This document shows positions 12,132 to 25,137 of a stretch of 64,000 bases of DNA, in pieces; the stretch's first letter is position 1; each line of letters begins with the position of its first letter. The position numbers were made by a program, and so were the translations under genes. Below the pieces are notes generated by a model, which worked only from the letters and a program-made list of their open reading frames with translations, ran no database searches and had not been told where the DNA came from. Origin of the DNA: Anthoceros angustus (Eukaryota > Plantae > Anthocerotophyta); contig MU008233.1 in NCBI GenBank assembly GCA_010909165.1, positions 20,383 through 84,382 of the forward strand, in the 5' to 3' direction.

Positions 12132-15100
12132 GAACAACGGTGGACTACCTAGAGCTCAATTGTATACGCCAGAGGATATTGCATTTTCTTTTCGGGGTGA
12201 TGTGTATGGTTAAAGCCTAAACGATCGGAGTGTGTGGAGGGTATTTCCGACAAAATATGCTCCGCACACTTGAATTGCGACATGGGAGCCTTCATCAAAT
12301 CTAAGATAATCGAGGTGATATGCCTGAAACTTTTAGAAGTTTGTTTGTGAGCATGGTGGGTCCTGGTTTAGGGTCAAATCGGGCACAAAGCAGAGGATCC
12401 GTAGTTGCGCCTCCATGGAGGCTAAGAAGATCTTGGTATCCGCAGTTGCGCCTCTATGGAGGCTAAGACGATCTTGGTATCCGCAGTTGCGCCTCTATAG
12501 AGGCTACACTCCGAAAGAAAACTGCAATCAAAAGTGGATAGTTCGAGCTGATATGTGCAAAATTTGTGTACGCCGCTTGAAAGCAAACAGACTCGGAACG
12601 AAACTCGTAACCCGTCACGCTCCTGACCCTAACTTAAAACGCATCCCTCGTGTGCACATTGCACGGACGGAGTTCGTTCTTTGCCCTTCTGTGATTGGTT
12701 GTTCTAGAATGCATAATCGGGCGATGGAGGTTAGAAGCTGGTGGCGCGGGGACCACGGCACTTGCCACCTTTTCGTCGTGATCGACGTTGAGGCCGGATA
12801 TCCGTGCCCGGGCCTCCTTCCAGAAACGGCTTTGGTTGATACTTGTTACCATGGCTGAGCCTTTCCATGGGGATTTTGAAATCCTCTCCTCACTTCAATG
12901 GCTTAAATGTCCGAGAGGGGGACCATTTTTCTGTGAAGCTTGGGAGTGCTTGGGATCGGCGAAACATTGTACACAATTGCAATGCCGGCCGAGCTGCCCG
13001 TTTTTTTGGTAGCGAGAGACAAACGTATGCTCAAAGTCTCAATTTGAGACGGTGGTCATTTAGGGGTTAACTTCATCCCTGTCCAACCGGGCACATGAGC
13101 GTACATACATATACTGCAGTGGATGGTCCTCCCTACAAACTGAGTGCCCATTCCTCATGAAGTAATGGGGCCTACCATTTATGCATTCGGCCAAAGGCGG
13201 TCATCCACCAGTTCCAGGTGTTGATGCTTGTTAAGAGGCCATGCTATAGCTTCTTTCCGATCCTCCTCTGCCTCCTGCCCTAGATCGCGGCTTTAGGCAT
13301 AGAGGGCGAATATGCAGGTATAGAAGGCATCGTGGCTTAATACGAAGGCAATGAGGGCATCGCGACTTCGGGCATGGCGAGGCTTAGAAATTAGGTGAGG
13401 TTGGAGGGTTTCACCTCTCCCATTATCGGGCAAGTGTGGATTAAATACAAGTGTACAATAGAAAGTACAAGTGTTTGTAAGGTAGAAGTGGTTAGAGGTG
13501 GTTGTAATCAATATGACCGATAACTAAATAAAGTAACTACTTCTAACCTTATGAATTAATTAATTATTAAGTCTAGGGATTTCTAGGTGCCTAATGAATA
13601 ATCCCCTAATTAATAAAAGGTTTCATCACTCCCACTCACTATGAAGTAGGGGAGAAAATGAGCTAGATAATTATCCTAATATAACTGCTAGACTCCCACT
13701 AGAACAAAAGTTATGAAGCGAAATGAAAAAGCCAACATAAATTGAATTAAATGGATTTAAGTAAATAAGAAAGCACTGAAATAAGGAAAATAGGCTTAAA
13801 TACGGGAAAATCTTGTAGATAGGGAAAATGCCCTGTTATCCGAAATCTCGGACATGCGGTTATGGGGGGAACCCCTCACCATCATGTGAAAGGTGGTGTG
13901 TTTTTTCTCATTCTCTTGCGCAAGCAAGCGACACATGGCCTAATGTATGTAAGTCATAATGTGCATGGGTGCACGACAAGTGGTTGTAAGCCCTAATGTT
14001 AATGCGGACACAAGCACACCGGCACTCACAGAAAACCTATCTAAGGATGCCGGCATGCCGGTGCCCTATGGAGGGAGCATAAGAGCATAGGGCCCTATGG
14101 AGGGAGCATAAGAGCATAGGGTTCTAGCATATTGGAGCCTTCATTAGTATATATTATTTGCACATCATGAAGTTTTGTTGGCTCGTGGAGTTGGTGAAGT
14201 GGTAAAAAACTCCGCTAAGAATCATAGGTCGCGAGTTCGATATTTAAGTTGTAATTTTTATACTACTTAAGTTGAGTATCTTTGAGGGCGCTGCATGCCG
14301 GCGCCTTCACACATGCACCGTGCACCATACCTGGAGGTAAAATTCCGTCCACATAGACCAAACCATGACGAGGCAGTTGTAATTTTTATACTAGTTAAGT
14401 TGAGTATCTTTGAGGGCGCTGCATGCCGGCGCCCACACACATGCACCGTGCACCATACCTAGAGGTAAAATTCCGTCCACATAGACCAAACCATGACGAG
14501 GCAGTAACAAGACCCAAATGCGTAAACCGAGAACATCAAGAATCATGGGTTTTGGGATTGTACGGTGAATCTGAAATTAGTCCAAAGATTCTCAAAGTGG
14601 GTTTGTATAATCCGCCGCAGTAACAAGACCCAAATGCGTAAACCGAGAACATCAAGAATCATGGGTTTTGGGACAGTACGGTGAATCTGAAATTGGTCCA
14701 AAGATTCTCAAAGTGGGTTTGTATAATCCGCCGGTTCAAATATTATGGTGTTATTTGTAGATGATCGTATCTTTGCCTGCACTGACACCCACATATTGAA
14801 TAAGGTTAAAGACCTTTTAAGGCATGAATTTGAAATGAAAGATGTGGGTGAGTTGAAATTTTGTCTTGGTGTTCAAGTCCTTCGCAACAGAGATAGAGAT
14901 ACGTACTCGGCCATAGTTGTGGAACTAGCCACCTCCCCACTCCCTTGCACCACTGTTGCTGAATTAAGGGTCCCCCTACCATGTATAGACACTTTTTATT
15001 CCTAAAAATCCTAAGGTCCAAGGACCTTCTAACCTGGCCTGACATACACAGATTCGAGGTCCAAAGACTAATTATTCGTGAAAGTAAGTGCAATGGGCCA

Positions 15101-16397
15101 AGGACAATTTTTGGTATAAAAGGCCTTTGCCTCAGACATTTCCTAAGCACTCCATCACTCAAAACATGAAAAAAAACAGAAAAAACGTTCAAACCGACAG
15201 TCCGGGGAAGGTTAGTGTACGTGTGGACTTCCACATATGGCAAGCATCACAAACACGAACCAATATGCATTATAAAGATACCTACACTAGCTCTTACCCT
15301 CATATATGACAAAAGGCCATTGCACAATTCAAAATCCAAGGCCATAGGCTGCGAAGCGTGACTGGAAGGGGTCAATACCTAGGGCGGAAATTTAAGAATA
15401 TGCCAACATTGCAATCTTGAGGAGATTGACGGCAAGCACCACATCTTTTTTACGAAGTAAAATTTCTAAATCTTGGTCCAAAAAAAGCCCTGAATAATTT
15501 TTGAGCAAATTCTTGACAAGAAAAAAGGCCAAACCCTGCGGTCATTGTGGGGTTTAAGGTGGCTACAAAGCCATTTCATCTTACAAGATTGTAGCAACCA
15601 TTTGGCTAGTTGCCAAAAAAGCATTGAGGCTTCATCAAGTTGCATTACTAAGCCAATGTTTGCACACTCATCATAGAGGTCAAAGTCTCCTTGGATGTCT
15701 TTCCTGTTGCCCCTTGCAATAAGAAGAAGAATTTTGCATGTGCTCTAGGTAAATTTTCCCATGGAGGAAGGGAGATACACATAACGGACCTGATAAAGTC
15801 TTCAAATACCTATCGTTGCTTTGTGGCCTCACTTATCTCCTTGTCTCTAATTTTAACCTCTCCGTACATGAGCTTGAGTTTTCAAACTTGCCCTGGTGAA
15901 GCTTCTATGATTTCTACTTGGCCAGCAAAATCAACTTCAAATTCTAAACCTAGTCCACTCTATCTGGAAGGCCAATAAGCACCAACCATAAAACATAACT
16001 GACCATGCTCAACATCCACTGCCCTTGTATTGTAGTCCTTCTTTAATTGCAGTAGAAAAACCATAATTGAGATTCAAATATCGTTGAGAGTGTTAGTCTC
16101 CACAATCCTTTTTCTTCTTGAAGTTCCATCAGAGCTTCCGACACAATTATGCTTGTAAAATGACAACGCATCGACACTGGGAACCGGTGGGCGTCCGTCT
16201 TGGTGAACGTATGGTAGGCCCCATCACTTCGCGAGGAATGCGCGCTCAGATTCGTAGGGGGGACTAGCCTCTGCGGTATATGTATGCTCCTGTGTCCGTT
16301 GGGACAGGGAAGAGGTTAACCAAACACATCACCCCGAAAAGAAAATGCAATATCCGCTGGCGTATACAATTGAGCTCTAGGTAGTCCACCATTACTC
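12132..16397. repeat. Intergenic spacer, copy B of the segmental duplication; contains internal ~120-bp tandem duplications (~14240-14730)
   Basis: Colinear with 3551-7190. Internal repeats such as gcagtaacaagacccaaatgcgtaaaccgagaacatcaagaatc occur twice. Confidence 0.9.
14745..14900 (+). mobile_element. Ty1/Copia reverse transcriptase fragment (degraded twin at ~5776-5910)
   Basis: LFVDD...KDLLRHEFEMKDVGELKFCLGVQV matches the Copia RT YVDD...FEMKDLG..KFFLG pattern. Confidence 0.8.
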
Positions 16398-19290
16398 TCA
16401 CGGTCGACCTTTACAACTGCAACAACCATCTGCGAATCGATGCACACGGTACCCATCCCTTACTACAATGTCTCTGTGTTCAAGCCTTGACATGATCTCC
16501 GTGGAACTGTGGCAGTCACTGCACATGCGTAGATTCTTCGTTACCACCAGAGGTGTCCCAGTCGGAGTGTTCAAGAGACCAAACGCCAGAGCTAGCTTCT
16601 CAGCATGCCCACAAAGCGCATCCTCCTTTTCCTTTTCCGACAGTGGCTTCAACACCAACTTTGTGTGAGGTACGTGGCCTCCTTCCTGTTTCACACGAGC
16701 ATTGGTGATCTCTACCTTAAGCGCAACATCTTCTCGCCTTTCGCCCACCAGAAATCTATGTACCTGCTTATTCACCTCAATGGTCGCCACTGCGGGTAAC
16801 TTGTTAGCTCCTGCTACCCTTCTTTGTGTTTCAATCCTGTCTACATCACTCCACCTACCAGCATCTGCGTAGGCATTGGCCATAAGCACATATGCGGGTG
16901 CATTCTGGGGGTCAAGCCTGACAATGCTTTCAAAACACCACCTCGCCCTCTCTATATCCCCGTGATGTTTGCAGGCATTCAACAAAGTCATGAATCCCAC
17001 AACATCACTTTGGCCCTCGCATGATAAAAGCATGTTCTCAGCCTCATCTAGATGGCCTGCACGCCCAAAAAGATCAATCATGCAGTGGTAATGCTCTCTA
17101 GTAGGCTTGATGCCATGCTGTTCAGCCATGGAATCAAAGTGCTTGCGACCCTCATGGACCAGTCCTCATGACTGCATGCTACTAGAAGGCAAGTAAAGTA
17201 GCATCATCAGGCTGAATACCGGCAACTAACATCTCCTCAAAACAAGCTAGTGCCTTGTGACCTTCATCACAAGTACCATACCCAGATATCAGGGTCCATG
17301 TCACCACATCCTTTCTGTTCATGCTGTCAAACCACAGGCATGCATCATCCAGTTCACCACATTTTGCATACATGTCTGGCAGTGTGCTGCCTGCCCTTCT
17401 GTAAGGCAGCGTGGCCAGGCCTTCAGAAGGCAAGCAAAAGTAACAGCCAAAAAAGGCCTCCTCCTCCATTTGTCCATACACAAGGCCTCTTGGCGAGTCC
17501 TTGCTGTGCATACCCAGCAATCAGGGCATTCCATGTCACCACATCCTTGTGTTCATGCTGTCAAAAACCTGGCGTCTTCCAGTTCACCACATTTTGCATA
17601 CATGTCCACCAGGCAGGTGCCCACCAGTATGTCATCCAGCAGTCCTCTTTGACAATCTGTGCTGCCTGCCCTTCTGTAAGGCACCAGTGCTTGCACAGGC
17701 CTTCAGAAGGCAAGCAGCGCAAAAAAACAAGGCCCTCCAGCTCCATTTGTCCATACAGACAAGCGCCTCTTGGCCAGTCCTTGCTGTGCATACCCAGATA
17801 TCAGCGCATTCCATGTCACCACCTTCATGCTGTCAAAATGCTGTGCATCTTCAATTCACCACATTTTGCATACCCAGATATCAGGGCAGTCCACCTTTGT
17901 GCATGCTGCCAAAAACTGTGCCTCTTTCACCACATTTTGCATACATGTCCACCAGGCAGTGCCCACCTACGTCATCTTTCAACAATCTGTGAGTGCAGCT
18001 GCCTGCCCTTTTGTAAGGCACCAGTGCTTCCACAGGCCTTCAGAAGGCAAGCAAAAGTAACATGGTCAGCCAAAATCAGGCCCTCTCCTCCATTTGTCCA
18101 TACACAACAAGCGCCTGGCCAAGTCCTTGCTGTGCATACCCAGCAATCAGGGCATTCCATGTCACCACATCCTTGTGGCCATGCTGTCAAAAACCTGGCG
18201 TGCATCTTCAGTTCACCACATTTTGCATACATGTCCACCAGGCAGGTGCCAACAAACAAGTGAGGAATGCCACTGTGCAACACATCACAGTGCACTTTCT
18301 GCCAGATTCCAAGTCGGGCAAATGCACAAGCTTGAAGGGCAGCTACAAAGACGTGAGCATCCGCCTTCACTCCTGACCTACGCATCTCATGGTACAGTTG
18401 TATGGCCTCATTAGGTTTCCCATGCTTGTGTATGCGGAGATTATGGAAGACCACATGAAGGCATCTGGTTTGCCCACCCTGGTGAACACATCCATGGCCT
18501 CCTCTAGCCTACCTCCACATGCATACATGCGCAAGATATGGTTCCCCAAGTATGCATTCGACTCGTACCCAAGTTTGACACTGAGATCATGAACTCGTCG
18601 CCCCACAACCAAATCCTTCTTAGCTGTACACAGTTTCAGCACAGTGTAAAACAGAGACTGAAAAGAGTCTGTCTGCCAGAGATTCCAGGGCTCCAACGGC
18701 CTCAGAAAGCTTCCCCTGCTGACATAACATGCTCACGGTTCCAGCCGTCACGATGCCCATTTCCGATCCTTCACGCCTTCTTCAGGTTATCCGGAGAGCT
18801 CGACTTGGAAGGAGAGGCACCATGACCCATCTGCATATCCAAGGAAACGAGCTGCTCATCAACCCAAGCTGGCTTAAACACGTTGTTTAACCACAGGACC
18901 TCGCCGGACCCCTTACGCCGGAAGTCAGGCGAACGGGAGCTCTTCTTATCTCGTCTGTTGTCCACCACATGGTAGGGTCCAGAAAAATTGTTGCCACAAG
19001 TGCTCCTGCTCCTGGCGACGACCATCATGGAAACCCGTCCCCACACATTTCTCGGAAGTGGAAGTGCTGGGCCTTACACTGCTGCACCAGGAGGCTTTGG
19101 TTGCCAGGGGTTGACTCCTAAGATGTGGTGAGCGGAGCTCCTTGTAGAATCCTGTACACACACCAATGTGTTGGGTCCAAAGCAGGTCTGGTTGCCATAC
19201 TGGCCATCGTTCAGGGACCGCTGTCGGAAGATGAGTCCCACGAGAGACTGTAGCAGGATTCTCAGGTACTGTGCATGACCACACCACCCT
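16398..19290 (-). CDS. PLS-PPR-E-DYW:KP (GRP-type) copy 4 with N-terminal PDF motif (~18850-18999)
   Basis: Intact 243-aa S2-E1-E2-DYW ORF 16398-17129 ([29 protein letters not shown]). PLS repeats at 17130-18700. [25 protein letters not shown] in ORF 18771-19046. Confidence 0.88.
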
Positions 19291-19425
19291 GAAGGATAGT
19301 GCCGAGAGAGAAACGGGGCCCGTGCAGGAGGTCCCCGCCTGGTACCGGCTCCGTTTCTCAGAGCGCTAGGTCTCTCTAATGCACTCATCGGGTACCCAAG
19401 CAGATGCGTGAATCCTTGGTTAACG

Positions 19426-19878
19426 CTAATCCGGAGAGCTCCACTTGCAAGGAGAGGCACCATGACCCATCTGCATATCCAAGGAGACCAGCTTCTCATC
19501 AACCCAAGCTGGCTTAAACATGTTGTTTAACCACAGCACCTCGCCGGACCCCTTACGCCGGAAGTCAGGCGAACGGGAGCTCTTCTTATCTCGTCTGTTG
19601 TCCCACCACCTGGTAGGGTCCAGAAAGAATTGCTGCCACAAAGATTGTTGCTCTTGCTCCTGGCAACGACCGGCATCGCTGGAAAACCCGTCCCTGCCCA
19701 CACACTTTCTCGACAGTGGAAGTGCTGGGCTCCGCACACTGCTGCACCTGGAGGCTTTGTTTGCCAGGGGTTGACTCCCTAAGATGGAGTGAGCGGGAGC
19801 TCCTGGTGGAATCCCTGGACACACACCAGTCGCAATTTGTTGCGTCGACAACGGGTCAGGTTGCCATACTGTGACCAT
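19426..19878 (-). CDS. 150-aa ORF with a single OSB-type PDF motif (duplicated N-terminal module of copy 4)
   Basis: Uninterrupted [12 protein letters not shown]...[51 protein letters not shown]...SSPD*. Confidence 0.65.
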   Translation of the reverse strand: MVTVWQPDPLSTQQIATGVCPGIPPGAPAHSILGSQPLANKASRCSSVRSPALPLSRKCVGRDGFSSDAGRCQEQEQQSLWQQFFLDPTRWWDNRRDKKSSRSPDFRRKGSGEVLWLNNMFKPAWVDEKLVSLDMQMGHGASPCKWSSPD

Positions 19879-20294
19879 CGTTCAGGGACCGCTGTCGGAA
19901 GACGGGTCTAACAAACGACTATCGAGGATGCCCAGGTATCGTGCATGACCACACCATACGAGCTAACACCGATGCCGCAGCCCAAGGAACAGATAAAAGC
20001 AACCTATAGTTTCCCCGGCCGCTGTGCGTACTTTGCCGTCCGGAAGTTGGTGCTGTTTGTGGCTACTACCGGAGGGAGCACGTGACAGAATTGAAAGACG
20101 TTTTGATTGCAATTGCCCTTCGTTGAATCACCAGCTGCTGCCCTTCACCCCTCACTGAATCACCTCAAATCCAACTCTTTATAATATATATTCTCTCTCC
20201 TGGGCGTAGATAGCCAGACTCGAACTAAGTGTGTATTCTATCAATAAAAGAGCCAGTTGGGCGTGGATAGGCTGCTCACTAAAATCGTGGATAG

Positions 20295-23200
20295 GCCGCT
20301 CACTAAAATTCGTCGGGGGGGGTTTAATGCTTGGTTGCCTTGATGTGGTGGGGCCTACCATCTCCGTGACTTGCGACCGGGAGCACGAGCCGGGAGCCAG
20401 GAGCCGGGAGCCGGGTGAGTTCACCATACACATGGAAACATACGTGACCGTTGCGAACACATGGGCACATACTGTACATGAGAACAAGAACGCATCTCGT
20501 GTGAGTGGCTAAGAACCCAAAGATGTAGAGCACGCGGGATGAGGCCTGGTATACGAGATGCTTGTTGTCGTATATATTTTCTGCTGGATATAACCGAATT
20601 TTGGTACAGGGTAATCAAATTGAAGCTTGTCTAAAGAGCGACAGCATGAGCTATTGTTCAAAGCCAAAAACATAGAGCATTCAAGGTTGAGGCGTGATAA
20701 CAGAGATGCCCATTTTCGTTCATAACTTATGCTAGACACAACCAAGATGTAATATAGGGCAATCAAATTGAAGCTTGTCCATAGGGCTACAGAATGAGCT
20801 ATAGCTCATTCCGTATAAACATATGTGGAACACGCACTAAGAGTTTGAAATTCAAAGAGCACAAATTGTTCATCGAACAATTCTGATGAACATCAATATC
20901 CAAGTTCGCATTCAGAAAGCTGAACATGATGAGTTTGAAACTGGCTTTCCGATGACCTATCTTACAAAATTTATAGCCAAGTAAGGCATGAAATAGCCAC
21001 AAATCTCATCCTTCCCTTTCTTCAAGATACCTACGTTCAGCACCTTGGTGCAACACCTCTAGCATCTTTGGCTTCTGCCGACGGGTTGCAGGCTTCCAAG
21101 TATTCATCTCCACAATACATTTTTTCCTCTTTAAAGAATCTCCAAAGCCATTGTCCAATTTGAGTAAATGGCCTTGAAATGTGGACACTGCACCATTGGC
21201 ACATTTTCGTGCCCATTTAACTTGGAGAAGCAACATAGAAAGCTGCATGAGTATCTTTGGAGCAAGGAAGCATCAATGCACCATTCCACACTTCTTTCCA
21301 TATATTTTCCAAGCTCTGGTATGAAGCAACGGCCTTCACTTGTGGCTTTACGTTGCCAAATGGCAGCTGTTGGCAATGATTCAGTCTTCTGAGTTGTGAA
21401 AATAGGTGTCTCCTCCTCGTGCACCGCCTGTTCACAAGGCATATGTTGGTCCAACAGAATGCGGAGAGACATGGACATGTCCTCTTCTAGCCATAAACTA
21501 ACTAGCTGGTGTGGATACTAGTTCCCCTTTGAGGTATAATATCTTAGCTTGGTGCTTGCAAAAGAAACCTTGAGTGCCTGGACAATGCAAGTCCAATGCA
21601 CTTACAATGAAGATGGTATAGATCAACTTCGATCGCAACTCCTCACAAAAGCTGGTCCATCAATTGTGGTTGGTAATGTGACAGGTGAGTCGAATGGATT
21701 GGGAACCCAAGATTGCATTGTCCACGATTGCTGCTTCCTTGCATTGTACGAATCCATGCTCCTTTGTGAAATGCTTATACCGGTAGATTTTTCGTTTCCG
21801 AGTGTGGAGCTAATCCAACCATCTTCCTCGCAGCTAACAAAATCATGGCGAGACTTCAAAACCCATGCCAGCTCGATAGCGAGTTACAATCTTGGCTGCG
21901 TGCCTCATAGTTACGATACCCTTTAACCATAAGGAAGCACACGTGCCATTGTTTTGAAATACTCAATGAAACTCGGGCCTCTCCAAAATCTACATACACT
22001 TGTTGCAGCATTTTGTGGGCCTCATCTTCAATTTACCGCGGATAGGTACATAATGTGACCAAGGCTGGAAGATTGCAACGAACTTCCCGATTCGGACCTT
22101 CAACAACAAATGTCGTAACCGCACTTTCGACATGCCACAACATAACCGACGCCCATACATTGTGAATGGTTGCAATTTACTGCATAATCTACCTTGGTTG
22201 CCATTCTGGCGATTACCAATATGGTCCTTGAAGCTTGCAACCAAGGCGAATATCTCTGTTGTCCCTATCGTAACAATCCAACAGCACTCCGTTATAGTAA
22301 CTATCAAACACCAAAAGTGTACAAGTGAAACTTGTATTTGTTGGTCCCGAGCGTGGCGTCCATGGATATGACATTCCCATTCCCAAAGCATAATCATGGA
22401 ACGCTGGAAATCGGTTTGCAAGCCAATCACTAAGGGGAGGAACAGAATGATACGGACAAGGTCCTTGTGAGCCTCTATCCACAACCAACACTAATCTCAT
22501 CCTTCCCTCTCTTCAAGATAACTACTTTCAGCACCTTGGTGCAACACCTCTAACATCTTTGCCTGTGCTTCCAAGTAGTCATCTCCACAATTTTTCCTCT
22601 TTAAAGAATCTCCAAAGCCATTGTCCAATTTGAGTAAATGGCCTTGAAATGTGGACCTACCATTGGCACATTTTCGTGCCTACAACTTTAACTTGGAGAA
22701 GCAACATAGAAGCTGCTGCATGAGTATCTTTGGAGCAAGGAAGCATCAGCATGCACCATTCCCACTTCTTTCCATATATTTTCCAAGCTCTGGTATGAAG
22801 CAACGGCCTTCACTTGTGGCTTTACGTTGCCAAATGGCAGTGCTGTTGGCAATGATTCGATGTCTTCTGAGTTGTGAAAATACGCCTCCTCGTGCACGCT
22901 TTGTTCACAAGGCATATGTCTGGTCCAACGAATGCGGAGAGACATGGACATGTCCTCTTCTAGCCATAAACTAGCTCGGTGTGGATACTAGTTCCCCTTT
23001 GAGGTGTAATATCTTAGCTTGGTGCTTGCAAAAGAAACCACGAGTGCCTCTGGGACAATTACAAGTCCAATGCACTTACAATGAAGATGGTATAGATCAA
23101 CTTCGATGCAACTCCTCACAAAAGCTGGTCCATCAATTGTGGTTGGTAATGTGACATGAGTCGGAATGGATTGGGAACCCAAGATTGCATTGTCCACGAT

Positions 23201-25137
23201 TGCTGCTTCCCTTGCATTGTGAATCCATGCTCCTTTGTGAAATGCTTATACTAGTAGATTTTGCTTCTTGTTTCCACGAGTGTGGAGCAACCAATCCAAC
23301 CATCTTCCTCGCCTAACAAAATCATGGCTGTGACTTCAAAACCCATGCCAGCTTCGATAGCGAGTTACAATCTTGGCTGCGTGCCTCATAGTTCGATACC
23401 CTTTAACCATAAGGAAGCACTGCATGCCATTGTTTCTTGAAATACTCAATGAAACTCGGGCCTCTCCAAAATCTACATACACTTGTTGCAGCATTTTGTG
23501 GGCCTCATCTTCAATTTGCCACCGGATAGGTACATAATGTGACCAAGGCGTTGGAAGATTGCAACCCACTTCGATTCGGACCTTCAACAACAAATGTCGT
23601 GTGACACTTTCGACATGCCACAAGCATAACAACAATTGGGCTATCGCCGCCATACATTGTGAATGGCTGCAATTTCTGCAACTGCATCGTCTACCAGAAA
23701 GGTACTTGGTTGCCATTCCTGGCAGTATCTACCAATATGGTCCTTGAAAGCTTGCAACCAAGACTGAATATCTACTGTTGTCCCGCTATCTGTAACAATC
23801 CAGACAACAGGCACTCCGTTATAGTAACTATCAAACACCAAAAGTGTGTACAGGTGAAACTTGTATTTGTTGGTCTCGAACGTGGCGTCCATGGATATGA
23901 CATTCCCATTCCCAAATGCAAAATCATGGGAATGGAAATCGGTTTGCAAGCCAATCACTAAGGGGAGGAAACAAAATGATACCAGACAAGGTCCTTGTGA
24001 GCCTCTATCCACAAACCAACACTAATCTCATCGTTGAGGTGATATTGATAGAACCCCGCAAACAATTGAGAGGCAATTTTGTTAATGTCGTGTGGCTGTA
24101 AAAAATCATCGCGACAAGGTTCATAATCACTAGCTTGTGCTTTCAATTCTACTTGCTCCACATGCTAGGTATATCTCTCTTTGTTACACCAAATAATGAC
24201 GCCTCGCACGGATGTCCTCACTTAAAGGGCAGCAAACCTTGAGCGGTCTGCGGTATCTCCGTGGTGGCAGTTGTCCATTGGTCTACATGTTCAAATGAAT
24301 CATAAAACACAAGCGATTGTGGCGGATAACAAGGCTTCACATCAAAGTGGTCATGGCAACCATGTTTGATACTCTGACCTCTCAAGATCTTGGCTTTCCG
24401 TTTTCCTACTGCTTGAAGCTTTGTTTTCTTTGCATTATCATCACGAAGATCCTTTCCCAAATGCACACCAAGATTTTTGTGGCACAAATAAGCCCAAACA
24501 TTAGTTTTACTTGTTGGAGGCTTGCTTCTTATCCATCTCCTTCCAAAAGTATGTGGGGAACTGCGCATTCTTGCCTTCTCCTAACACCAAGTCCGACACC
24601 CTGTTCCATGGAATAATGGCAAATCTAGAGATAGCGGGCACACAATCCTTAGAAGCAACCTCATATCGTCTTGCTATAACAGTGGGTGAAAACTTCAGAT
24701 GTTGCGTGTTGAACAAGCCACCTGGTGGCGCTTGCACCTCCCAACCGTAGGGAAGTTCTTCAATCTAATCTTAGTTGCCGTTGCAAGTCACAATTCAGTG
24801 TTCAGAATACGGGCTGCACGAAGGTATTGCTTAATCGAGTTTAGTGTGAAGTGAACCCGCAAAAAATGATACTTACTTTCCATTTCAAATGGAAACATGT
24901 TTTAGGGTTTGTTTCGCCCCTGCAATTTATGGGTTCTGTATGACATGCATGCCATGAGCAAGCACACATGGTCATAGCATGAGCTCATGCTCATGACATG
25001 AGGCATGACATGAGCCGCTTGACGCCGAAGACCGGCAGGCTGTGCCAGTGGCAATGGAGACGAGAGAGACTGAGTGGTGGGCCCCACTAGATCAAGGCAA
25101 CCTCGCATTAAACCCCTAATGAACTATAGTGACCGGG
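20295..25137 (-). mobile_element. Mutator-like (MULE) DNA transposon with TIRs and 9-bp TSD
   Basis: Imperfect inverted repeats at 20295-20360 and 25075-25137 (ggggtttaatgc..ggttgccttgat / atcaaggcaacc..gcattaaacccc). CGTGGATAG at 20286-20294 and 25138-25146. Internal MULE transposase. Confidence 0.8.
21006..24780 (-). pseudogene. MULE transposase (frameshifted) with a ~1.5-kb internal tandem duplication
   Basis: MDATFETNKYKFHLYTLLVFDSYYNGVPVVWIV...FLVDDAVAEIAAI...LCLWHV motifs of the MULE DDE domain. Segment 21004-22495 is repeated at 22495-24030. Confidence 0.8.
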
